From NCBI GenBank assembly GCA_900764215.1, contig CAAFNI010000008.1, positions 1,618 to 65,617 on the forward strand: a stretch of 64,000 bases of DNA, written 5' to 3'. Positions 56,609-64,000 of the stretch are shown piece after piece. The DNA comes from an uncultured Sutterella sp. Its GTDB lineage: Bacteria > Pseudomonadota > Gammaproteobacteria > Burkholderiales > Burkholderiaceae_F. The translations under genes and the position numbers were made by a program. Below the pieces are notes generated by a model, which saw nothing but the letters and a program-made list of their open reading frames with translations, ran no database searches and was not told the DNA's origin. How positions within the stretch are numbered: the stretch's first letter is position 1; every line of letters begins with the position of its first letter.

Positions 56609-58387
56609 TTACAGCGCCGGTTCGAACGGAGCCCAGGCCATCGGTCTGTTAGATTGACTGGACAACGCGTCAAGCGTCTGCTTTGCCTCAAGGACCTTGC
56701 CCGCGAATCCCATGGCCTTGCTCTGCAGAAGAGCCCGCAAAGCGCCTCGCCAAGGCGCATCGACAGGTTCCCAAAACACCGTCTCCGTTCCTGCCGGAAG
56801 CTTCGCCTCGCGGCACGCAAGCTTCAAGGCTTCATCCAAACCACCCTGTGCATCCGCCAAGCCATACTTTACGGCCTGCGCCCCCGTCCAAACGCGCCCC
56901 TGGGCAACGCGTTCAACTTCCTCTCCGGACATAGAGCGCGATTCGGATACCAGTTTTTTAAAATCCGCATACGTACGGTTCACCCCACCCTCAACAAGCC
57001 TGCGCTCCGCCTCGCCAGGTGCTGCTACGGGATTGCCGAAGTCGGATAGCGGCGTTGTTCGATAGCCGCCACGTCCAACCTTCAACTCCTCGCGCAGGCC
57101 CTCGGCATGAACGCTCATCGCAAAGACACCGATTGAACCGGTAATGGAAAGCGGATCCGCCACAATCCGGTCACCCGCCGTCGCTATCCAATAACCGCCC
57201 GAAGCAGCGACATCGCCCATCGAGATGATGACAGGATTCTTTGTCTTCTTCTTATATTCAACAAGCCGTGCACGAATCAGTTCTGCCGCCATGGCATCTC
57301 CGCCCGGGCTGTTGACACGCACAACAAGCGCACGAACCATGGGATCTGCTTCAATCTCATCAATAACGCCATTGATCCCATCGGGCGTCATTCCTCCCAA
57401 ATCAGCCAACCCCGTGATCTCCCCCTCCGCAATGAGTACGGCAATGCTCTCGTCCGTTTGAACACCGTTGGTAACGGTCAGATAAGTCGCAACATCCACG
57501 CTCTTCAGATCCTTCACCACACCGCCTGCATATGTGTCGGCAAGCTTCTGAAGATAAGCGTCGCGCGTCTCGAGTTCGTCAATGAGTCCGGCCTCCTGAA
57601 AAAGAGCCGAAAGCGGCTTGTCGGCAATGCCGTCCTTGGACAGTCGAGCTATGAACTTTTCAACCGTACCATTGACCAGTCCACGGCGAGCCTCCAATCT
57701 GGTCACGAGTCCCGCCCAAGCATCGTCCATGTAGCTCTTTTGAGCCGCCAGACTTTCTGCTGAAGGCTTGCCTGATGTAAAGATCTCGGGAGCGCTCTTG
57801 AAGGCGCCCGCCTTGTGCACTTCAACCTCCAGGCCGGCAGCGCGAAGGAGGGGCCCCCAATAGAGCGTCGTCGAAGAAAGCCCCTTGATCACGGCATCTC
57901 CCATCGGATGAATGCCGACATGGTCGGAATGGGCCGCAATCAGATACTGAGGCTGCGTGTACGAGGTGCTCCAAGTCCAAACCTGACGGCCGCTTTCCTG
58001 ACGATAACGGTCGATTGCCGCACCGATCTCACGAATGGAAGCCATTCCCGCCCCGGAAAGATCATCAACGCGCAGCACGACGCCCGCAATGCGCTCGTCT
58101 CCCGCAGCCCTGTCTAGCGCCTCAACGACATCTGAAAGGCGCGTATTCTCCTCAAGAGAGCCGTGTCCCAGCATGGACAGCATGAAGGGCGGTTCAACCG
58201 GGCCGCTCTCCTTCACCTCGCCTACTAGATTGATACGCAGAAGCGTTCCCTTAGGCAGATCCGGAACCTGTGCGGCCATCCAGCAGACAGCCACCACCAA
58301 AACAAGCGCCAGAAAGAAGAGAAGGTTCACCAGAAGGCGGCGAAAGCCGTCAAGCAACCTGTAGGCTGCGGTGATGCGTGAGAACAT
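56609..58387 (-). CDS. sppA: Signal peptide peptidase SppA (protease IV, 67K type)
   Basis: N-terminal TM; two ClpP/crotonase-like S49 domains; 592 aa. Confidence 0.9.
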   Translation of the reverse strand: MFSRITAAYRLLDGFRRLLVNLLFFLALVLVVAVCWMAAQVPDLPKGTLLRINLVGEVKESGPVEPPFMLSMLGHGSLEENTRLSDVVEALDRAAGDERIAGVVLRVDDLSGAGMASIREIGAAIDRYRQESGRQVWTWSTSYTQPQYLIAAHSDHVGIHPMGDAVIKGLSSTTLYWGPLLRAAGLEVEVHKAGAFKSAPEIFTSGKPSAESLAAQKSYMDDAWAGLVTRLEARRGLVNGTVEKFIARLSKDGIADKPLSALFQEAGLIDELETRDAYLQKLADTYAGGVVKDLKSVDVATYLTVTNGVQTDESIAVLIAEGEITGLADLGGMTPDGINGVIDEIEADPMVRALVVRVNSPGGDAMAAELIRARLVEYKKKTKNPVIISMGDVAASGGYWIATAGDRIVADPLSITGSIGVFAMSVHAEGLREELKVGRGGYRTTPLSDFGNPVAAPGEAERRLVEGGVNRTYADFKKLVSESRSMSGEEVERVAQGRVWTGAQAVKYGLADAQGGLDEALKLACREAKLPAGTETVFWEPVDAPWRGALRALLQSKAMGFAGKVLEAKQTLDALSSQSNRPMAWAPFEPAL

Positions 58388-59090
58388 TCAATCCCCCATT
58401 GGTAAAAACTTGGGCATCCTCCGACCCGAACTTCAGGCGGGACAACTCCCGAATATGTCCAATCGCAAAGTCTGCATACGACTGCACGACACGATTGGCA
58501 AGCTTTCCGTTGCGCATTCGATATCCCGTGCACCAAACCGTCTTCACCCCCATGGCACGTGCGCCTTTGAGATTCATCGGGCTGTCGTCAACGAAGACCG
58601 TATCGGCTGGCGATACTCCCCAGCGTCGACACATCTTGAGGAACATCAGACGACTGGGCTTAGGCCGCCACTCACCCAACGCATACATGTCCGTACTTGC
58701 CACAAGGCCGTCAACAACATGATCTAGCCGGAGCGCTCGCAGCACAGCCTCCGCATAGTTGCGCGGACCATTCGTAAATACCACCTTTAGTCCGGCAAGC
58801 CTTTTCACATCCCTTGCAGGGCAGCCGCTGAAATGAATGAAGGGACATGGATCGAAGTCGTGAGAAAAGCTCAAAAAGTCCCTAGGATCAATGCCGTGAT
58901 GTCTCCACAGTCCCAGGAAAGTGGCGCCGTAGACGCTCCAGTAATGCCTGCGCAACATCGACGCCTCCTCCCAACCCACATTGAGCTCCCGGCATATGTA
59001 TTCATTCATCAGAAGATGAATTTTGTGGAGCATGCCGCCCGACGCCTCAAAGAGGGTGTCATCCAGATCAAATAGCCACAACTTTGGCAT
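58350..59090 (-). CDS. HAD-superfamily hydrolase (subfamily IA; putative pyrimidine 5'-nucleotidase type)
   Basis: MPKLWLFDLDDTLF HAD motif I; 246 aa; its 3' end overlaps the sppA start by ~38 nt. Confidence 0.75.
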   Translation of the reverse strand: MPKLWLFDLDDTLFEASGGMLHKIHLLMNEYICRELNVGWEEASMLRRHYWSVYGATFLGLWRHHGIDPRDFLSFSHDFDPCPFIHFSGCPARDVKRLAGLKVVFTNGPRNYAEAVLRALRLDHVVDGLVASTDMYALGEWRPKPSRLMFLKMCRRWGVSPADTVFVDDSPMNLKGARAMGVKTVWCTGYRMRNGKLANRVVQSYADFAIGHIRELSRLKFGSEDAQVFTNGGLNVLTHHRSLQVA

Positions 59091-59118
59091 ATATTTCCTT
59101 TAATGCGCGCAGCAAATA

Positions 59119-59167
59119 CAAAAAAACTCGGCAATCGTCCGTCATTTTACGGACAACGATTGCCGAG
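59119..59167 (-). terminator. Rho-independent terminator of dksA
   Basis: Long imperfect hairpin CTCGGCAATCGTCCGT...ACGGACAACGATTGCCGAG with a U-run on the minus strand (A7 on plus). Confidence 0.5.
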
Positions 59168-59221
59168 TTCATGGATGCGTTCGATTGAAGGTGCATCAAA
59201 CCGAGCGGGCTACCTGAAACA

Positions 59222-59641
59222 TCAGTCTCCGTAGAGCTTCTGCTTGAGTTCGCGACGTTGCTGAGCCTCGAGAGAAAGCGTGGCGGTCGGTCTAGCCAGC
59301 AAGCGGGCGACCCCGATGGGATCCCCCGTTTCCTCACAGTAGCCGTATTCACCGTCATCAATGCGCTTGATCGCAGCCTGAACCTTCTTCAAAAGCTTGC
59401 GCTCGCGGTCACGGGTACGCAGTTCAAGCGCGTGCTCCTCCTCAATCGTGGCGCGATCGGCCGGATCGGGCACAACCGTCGTTTCGCGAAGATTCACCGT
59501 CGTCTGATCGGCATTTGCACGAAGCTCCGCTTCCATCGTCTGAAGGCGGTTCTTGAAAAATGCAAGCTGGCGCTCATCCATGTAGTCGTCTTCCGACATC
59601 TTCAGGAGCTCGTCAACCGTCAAAAGTTTAGTCGTGCCCAT
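59222..59641 (-). CDS. dksA: DksA-family RNA polymerase-binding transcription factor, Cys-depleted (DksA2-like, predicted zinc-independent)
   Basis: Start at MGTTKLL. Coiled-coil tip DPADRATIEEE matches DksA DPVDRAAQEEE. The zinc-finger positions read CEETG...RPTATLSLEA, so only 1 of the 4 canonical Cys is present. Confidence 0.85.
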   Translation of the reverse strand: MGTTKLLTVDELLKMSEDDYMDERQLAFFKNRLQTMEAELRANADQTTVNLRETTVVPDPADRATIEEEHALELRTRDRERKLLKKVQAAIKRIDDGEYGYCEETGDPIGVARLLARPTATLSLEAQQRRELKQKLYGD

Positions 59642-59815
59642 AACTTCTCGTCTTTGTATTTGAATTGGCATTGCGCGGCCGAACAACAAAAAGCACGGCC
59701 GTCAGGAATATGGCTTTATACAGGAAAACATAGCCCTTTGCCAACTGACAGCGGCCGTTTTATTTCAGTAACTACCCTGACGGGCAATCCGAAAATTAAG
59801 CCGCCCCCGTTGTCC

Positions 59816-60808
59816 TTAGTCCAAACAGGTGGCCAGTCCGCGTCGAATCGCTTCCTCCGGAAGGTTGCGCCCGATGAACACGATCTTCGAGAACGGCTTG
59901 CGATCGCCCCATGCATCAAGCACGTCGCTTACCGCGAGCATGTGCACACCCTGGAAAACGACTCGACGATCAGTGCCCGTCAGATAAAGGACGCCCTTGT
60001 AGCGAAGCATGTCCTGGCCGTAAACGCTCGTGAGCGAAGCAATATAACGCTCGAGCTTCATCGGATTGAACGGACGATCAGACTCATACACAAACGAATG
60101 AATATCGTCGTTGTGATGGTGCATGTGATGATCATTGTTGAAAAAGGCGGGATCAACATCGAGCACGTCGTTCATGTTGAAACCAGTGATGTTGAGCACC
60201 TCGTCAACGGGGCATTCCCCCATGTTGACGCGACGAATCGGAGCTCTGGCATTCATCTGACGAAGTCGGCGCTCCATGGCCTCGACCTCTTCAGCAGTGC
60301 ATAGATCCGTCTTTGAAAGCAGGATGCGATCCGCAAAACCAACCTGGTCTCGCGCCGCGGCCTCCTCATCAAGCGTGTCGGAACCATGCTTGCAGTCGAC
60401 AACCGTCACCACGCCGTCAAGGCGGAAGAAAGCGGCAACCGCATCGTCCATAAAGAAGGTCTGGGCAACCGGTCCGGGATTGGCAACGCCGCTTGTCTCG
60501 ATGACGACATAGTCGAACTTGATCTCGCCCTTGCTACGGCGCAGCCGCAGATCCGTAAGAACCTTGGAAAGATCCCCGCGAATCGTGCAGCAAACGCAGC
60601 CGTTGTTCATGTTCACAATCTGCTCCTTGTCCGTCTGAACGAGCAGATCCGTGTCAATATTCTCTTTGCCGAATTCATTTTCGACAATGGCAATCCTGTA
60701 GTCGTGATTCTCGCTGAGGATGCGGTTCAGCAGCGTCGTCTTGCCGGCGCCGAGAAAGCCCGTCAGGATCGTCACCGGAATTTCCGGCTGTTGTTCTTCA
60801 ACCATCAT
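59816..60808 (-). CDS. COG0523-family GTPase metallochaperone (CobW/ZigA/YeiR-like) with His-rich stretch
   Basis: GFLGAGKTTLLNRIL P-loop; GCVCCT metal-binding motif; His-rich DHHMHHHNDDIH; 330 aa. Confidence 0.9.
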   Translation of the reverse strand: MMVEEQQPEIPVTILTGFLGAGKTTLLNRILSENHDYRIAIVENEFGKENIDTDLLVQTDKEQIVNMNNGCVCCTIRGDLSKVLTDLRLRRSKGEIKFDYVVIETSGVANPGPVAQTFFMDDAVAAFFRLDGVVTVVDCKHGSDTLDEEAAARDQVGFADRILLSKTDLCTAEEVEAMERRLRQMNARAPIRRVNMGECPVDEVLNITGFNMNDVLDVDPAFFNNDHHMHHHNDDIHSFVYESDRPFNPMKLERYIASLTSVYGQDMLRYKGVLYLTGTDRRVVFQGVHMLAVSDVLDAWGDRKPFSKIVFIGRNLPEEAIRRGLATCLD

Positions 60809-60833
60809 TTTTTTGTCCTCGTCAATAACGAAC

Positions 60834-60857
60834 CAACCACGGGCGCACCCGTGGTTG
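60834..60857. repeat. Perfect inverted repeat CAACCACGGG-CGCA-CCCGTGGTTG between rlmI and the COG0523 gene
   Basis: Read directly from the sequence. 10-bp arms, 4-bp spacer, in the 70-bp intergenic region. Confidence 0.6.
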
Positions 60858-60878
60858 CACGTACATTCAGTCTACGCC

Positions 60879-62102
60879 TCAGGGTCTTACCAAGAGGTGA
60901 AGTCCCTTCAGATACTCGCCTTCCGGATACGTCATCAGAAGCGGATGGTCAATGCCGCCGCCAAAGCGACCCACTGCCCAAGCATCAACCTTCGCGTCAA
61001 AAACGGCGCCCGCGACAATCTTCTGGAAAAGATCGACGTCAACCGCCCCCGAGCACGAGAAAGTAAACAGCCGGCCGCCAGGCGTCAGAAGCTTTAAGCC
61101 ATTCAGGTTGATGTCTTTGTAGGCACGGGCAGCACGTTCAACGTGACGATGATTTGAGGCGAACTTCGGAGGATCGAGAATCACCAGATCGAACTTCTCG
61201 CCGGCGTCGCGAAGCTCGCGCAGATACGTGAATACATCCTTGCAGACAAACTTTGCACAATTTCCATCAAATCCGTTTCGCGTTGCATTGGCAGCCGCCA
61301 TGTCAAGCGCCTCCTGAGAGGAGTCGACGGAGATGACTTCGTCGGCGCCGCCCTTTAGAAGCGCCAGAGAAAAGCCGCCCGTGTAGCAGAAGCAGTTGAG
61401 TGCGCGCATGCCGCGGCCATGCACGCGCCGAAACTCTTCGGCAACCTTCTGGGCCGTCAGGCGGCTTTCCCGCTGATCGACATAGAAGCCCGTCTTGTGG
61501 CCAATGCGTACGTCGACGCCGTAGTGCACGCCGTCTTCCACAACCTCGATTGCAGCGGGCGGCTCTTCGCCGCGCAACAGTTCGCTTCGGATCGGCAGAC
61601 CTTCTCGCTGACGCGTAGCGGCGTCCGAACGATCGAAGATCGTCTTTGCTCCCGTGATGCGCATGAGCAGATCGGCGATCAGCCCTCGATGGGCTTCAAC
61701 GCCGGCAGCCTGAAACTGCGTCACAAGGCAGTCGCCATACTGATCGACAATAAGTCCGGGAAGGCCATCGGATTCGCCAAAGACGAGACGCACTGCATTC
61801 GTGCGATCGCGAAGGCAAGCGCGCGCTTCAACAGCATGGCGCAACTTCTTCTCGAACCAAGCAGCATCGATCACGTCGTCTTCCTTAAAGGACCAGCATC
61901 GGGCTCGGATCGTCGACTCGGGAGAGTAGGCCGCCCAAGCGAGGAAACGACCGTCAAAGGAGACTACACGAACGGTCTCACCGCTTTCGGGAGCGCTTTT
62001 TCTGGCATCACGGACCACCTTGTGAACCGCAGTGTCATAGACCCACGGATGACGACGCAGCAGGGAGCGTTCCTTGGATTTTTTCAAAATAAGATCAATC
62101 AT
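60879..62102 (-). CDS. rlmI: 23S rRNA (cytosine1962-C5)-methyltransferase RlmI (PUA + SAM-MTase)
   Basis: LLRRHPWVYDTAV N-terminal PUA; LNCFCYTGGFSLALL and LDPPKF MTase motifs; 407 aa. Confidence 0.85.
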   Translation of the reverse strand: MIDLILKKSKERSLLRRHPWVYDTAVHKVVRDARKSAPESGETVRVVSFDGRFLAWAAYSPESTIRARCWSFKEDDVIDAAWFEKKLRHAVEARACLRDRTNAVRLVFGESDGLPGLIVDQYGDCLVTQFQAAGVEAHRGLIADLLMRITGAKTIFDRSDAATRQREGLPIRSELLRGEEPPAAIEVVEDGVHYGVDVRIGHKTGFYVDQRESRLTAQKVAEEFRRVHGRGMRALNCFCYTGGFSLALLKGGADEVISVDSSQEALDMAAANATRNGFDGNCAKFVCKDVFTYLRELRDAGEKFDLVILDPPKFASNHRHVERAARAYKDINLNGLKLLTPGGRLFTFSCSGAVDVDLFQKIVAGAVFDAKVDAWAVGRFGGGIDHPLLMTYPEGEYLKGLHLLVRP

Positions 62103-62105
62103 GAG

Positions 62106-62981
62106 TTAAATGTCCTCAGGAATGGTAATGACACCTTTAAAAACGGTCGCAGCCGGCCCCGTCATCATGACGGGAGCGTCCGGAGTCTTCAGGCCCTCCC
62201 AGTGAATGGTCAACTCACCGCCACGGGCCTGAATCGTCACCTCCTCGTCGAACAGGCCTCGGCGAATGCCCTCAACGGCTGCCGCACAGGCCCCCGTGCC
62301 GCAGGCAAGCGTCTCGCCCGCACCGCGCTCCCAGACACGAAGCCTGCCGTATGTACGGGAAAGCGCCTGCAGAAATCCCACATTGACGCGGGCGGGAAAG
62401 GCACGAAAGTGCTCCATTTCAGGCCCCACGGCGGCAACAGGTGCAGCATCAACATCCTCGACACAGATCACGGCATGCGGATTTCCCATCGAAACGACGG
62501 AAAACCAGACGTCGCAATCTGATAAATTCGCTTTATATAGCCTCGAGGCGCCTTCCGAACGGAATTCCAACCCGTCCGGCACAAAGGGCAGTTCTTCAAG
62601 AACCTTGCGGGCAGGCCCCATATTCACCGTCACGCGGCCGTCGGGCATGACTTCTGGTTCAATGATGGCTTTCATTGTTTCAACACGAATGCGCGTCTTG
62701 TCTGTGAGACCTTCTTCGCGAACAAAGACTGCAAAGCAACGGGCCCCGTTGCCGCATTGTTCAACTTCATGTCCGTCGCAGTTGAAGATGCGATAGCGAA
62801 AGTCTGCCCCAGGAACTTGAGCCCGTTCCACTATCAAAACCTGATCAGCACCGATGCCGAAGCGCCGATCGGCCAAATAGCGGATCAGTACAGGCGCAGG
62901 CTCGATTTCCTGTCGAATGCCGTCGAGCATCACGAAATCGTTGCCGGCGCCCTGCATTTTTGTAAAACTCAGCTTTCTCAT
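62106..62981 (-). CDS. dapF: Diaminopimelate epimerase
   Basis: FTKMQGAGNDFVMLD; catalytic Cys motifs CGNGARC and ACGTGACA. Confidence 0.95.
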   Translation of the reverse strand: MRKLSFTKMQGAGNDFVMLDGIRQEIEPAPVLIRYLADRRFGIGADQVLIVERAQVPGADFRYRIFNCDGHEVEQCGNGARCFAVFVREEGLTDKTRIRVETMKAIIEPEVMPDGRVTVNMGPARKVLEELPFVPDGLEFRSEGASRLYKANLSDCDVWFSVVSMGNPHAVICVEDVDAAPVAAVGPEMEHFRAFPARVNVGFLQALSRTYGRLRVWERGAGETLACGTGACAAAVEGIRRGLFDEEVTIQARGGELTIHWEGLKTPDAPVMMTGPAATVFKGVITIPEDI

Positions 62982-63006
62982 GTCATCCCTTTATTTTTAT
63001 GCCTTT

Positions 63007-63885
63007 TCAATAGAGTGATTGCTCACCCTTTGGACGAGTTTTAAAGCGGCGGTGCACCCAAAGATACTGATCCGGATATGCACGGATCCACTCCTCGAGT
63101 TCCGCATTGAGCCTTTTCGTATCCGCTTCGAAATCCGCTGTCGGAAAATTCTCCCACGGTTTGGAGATAATGACGTGGTAACCTCTTTCGGTCATCGTTG
63201 CAATGCACCAAAGAACCTTGGCCTTTGTCACTCGCGCCAAGCGCGAAACCATCGGAAGCGTAGCAGCCTGAACGCCAAAGAACGGTACGAAGATGGAATT
63301 CTTGATCCCGTGATCCATGTCAGGCAAATAATAGAACGGCAGTCCCTCCTTGATGGCGCGCAACACAGGACGAAGATCGCTCTCATTGCTTTTGGCAATG
63401 AGAATAGGATCAGAAAAACGCTTGCGCCCTGCCAATACGGCTTCGTCCCAAGCAGGATTGCTCTGCTTCTGATACAGCGACACGCCGCGCACGTAAGTAT
63501 TGAGCGCAATGCCCGCAGCGTCAAGACCGGCAAAATGAGGAGCCACGACAATGACGGGGCTGCCATTGTTGGCCAACAAATTATCCAGCCCCTCGAAAGT
63601 CACGAACTTCTGGATCGTCTCCTTATCGGATTCCCACAGCGTGCCATGGTCAACAGCCGCACGCGCTAGACGCACATAGACACGACGAGCAAGCGAACGG
63701 CGCTCAGCTTCGCTCAGCTCTGGGAAACAGAGTCTCAAATTGGTCTCGATGACATGTCGTCGCTTGGGAATTGCTATCCATAAGACTCTGGCAATGACTT
63801 TCGCAAGCGCTTCACGCACGAACATCGGCAGACTCTTCATCGATCGGACCACGCGGATCCAAAACTTGGCAAAGGCAATGTTCAC
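63007..63885 (-). CDS. lpxL: Lipid A biosynthesis lauroyl/myristoyl acyltransferase (LpxL/HtrB family)
   Basis: 292 aa; HX4D-type acyltransferase region; C-terminal PDQYLWVHRRFKTRP typical of LpxL/LpxM. Confidence 0.85.
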   Translation of the reverse strand: MNIAFAKFWIRVVRSMKSLPMFVREALAKVIARVLWIAIPKRRHVIETNLRLCFPELSEAERRSLARRVYVRLARAAVDHGTLWESDKETIQKFVTFEGLDNLLANNGSPVIVVAPHFAGLDAAGIALNTYVRGVSLYQKQSNPAWDEAVLAGRKRFSDPILIAKSNESDLRPVLRAIKEGLPFYYLPDMDHGIKNSIFVPFFGVQAATLPMVSRLARVTKAKVLWCIATMTERGYHVIISKPWENFPTADFEADTKRLNAELEEWIRAYPDQYLWVHRRFKTRPKGEQSLY

Positions 63886-63888
63886 TTC

Positions 63889-64000
63889 TTGTCTCCCGTC
63901 TGCTTCGGATGCGCCCCAGCAGGAGTCTTATAGCGGTTATAGCTCCACGCGTATTGTTCAGGCATGCGGCGAATGACAGCCTCAATCCGCTGGTTCATCG
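63889..64000 (-). CDS. Second LpxL/LpxM-family lipid A acyltransferase, C-terminal fragment only (gene continues beyond window end)
   Basis: Reverse translation ends ...MNQRIEAVIRRMPEQYAWSYNRYKTPAGAHPKQTGDKK*, matching the conserved LpxL C-terminal motif (EQY.W...R.K). Confidence 0.6.

Noticed and set aside
59642-59815. Zur box upstream of the DksA2-like and COG0523 genes
   Set aside because: I looked for GTTAT/ATAAC-type palindromes and found only isolated ATAAC pentamers with no dyad partner. There is no convincing operator by eye, so the zinc regulation remains an inference from gene content.
1-64000. CRISPR arrays, IS elements, integrases or att sites (including flanking the primase-like gene)
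   Set aside because: There are no regularly spaced repeat arrays and no transposase or integrase-like ORFs in any frame. The only direct repeats found are the 16-bp tandem pair at 21624-21655 and intragenic coiled-coil periodicity. A tRNA-Gln gene is present but has no adjacent island.

Overview
This is a 64 kb, ~60% GC chromosomal segment with betaproteobacterial-type gene order and content. It is densely packed with core housekeeping genes. I support about 66 CDS, one tRNA-Gln(UUG), roughly a dozen rho-independent terminators and a few repeat or regulatory motifs.

Gene content in order:
- A MacA/MacB-type ABC efflux operon with a NodT-family outer-membrane factor.
- A CpxR/CpxA-like two-component pair, with the kinase apparently frameshifted.
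- An EF-G paralog, an FmdB zinc-ribbon protein and aspS.
- An isolated primase-like (Prim_Zn_ribbon + Toprim) gene.
- A translationally coupled mtnA / class-II aldolase / orf87 / double-BamE-like lipoprotein operon.
- A Pat-type protein acetyltransferase and a crotonase.
- gltIJKL-like amino-acid ABC transporter.
- kdsD-kdsC-lptC-lptA-lptB-rpoN-ptsN-rapZ.
- mutY, TPR-lolB-ispE, tRNA-Gln, prs-rplY, a DeaD-like helicase, pth-DUF523-ychF.
- An XRE-HTH gene followed by ahpCF, an AsmA-like protein, yfhL-coaD-rsmD.
- ftsYEX-rpoH-trmL, an orphan NarL-type response regulator, secB plus a rhodanese, envC-ctpA.
- slmA, sppA, a HAD hydrolase, a DksA2-like gene with a COG0523 metallochaperone, rlmI, dapF and tandem lpxL paralogs.

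I found no CRISPR array, transposase, integrase, or obvious multi-gene defence or novel system. The observations most worth follow-up are:
- the EF-G paralog whose switch-II catalytic His is replaced by Tyr;
- the Cys-depleted DksA next to a COG0523 GTPase (a zinc-sparing locus);
- the orphan primase-like gene;
- the mtnA plus aldolase pair (a candidate DHAP shunt);
- the frameshifted CpxA-like kinase;
- a perfect 16-bp tandem repeat upstream of kdsD.

Coordinates of features I located myself (terminators, motifs) may be off by ±2 nt.
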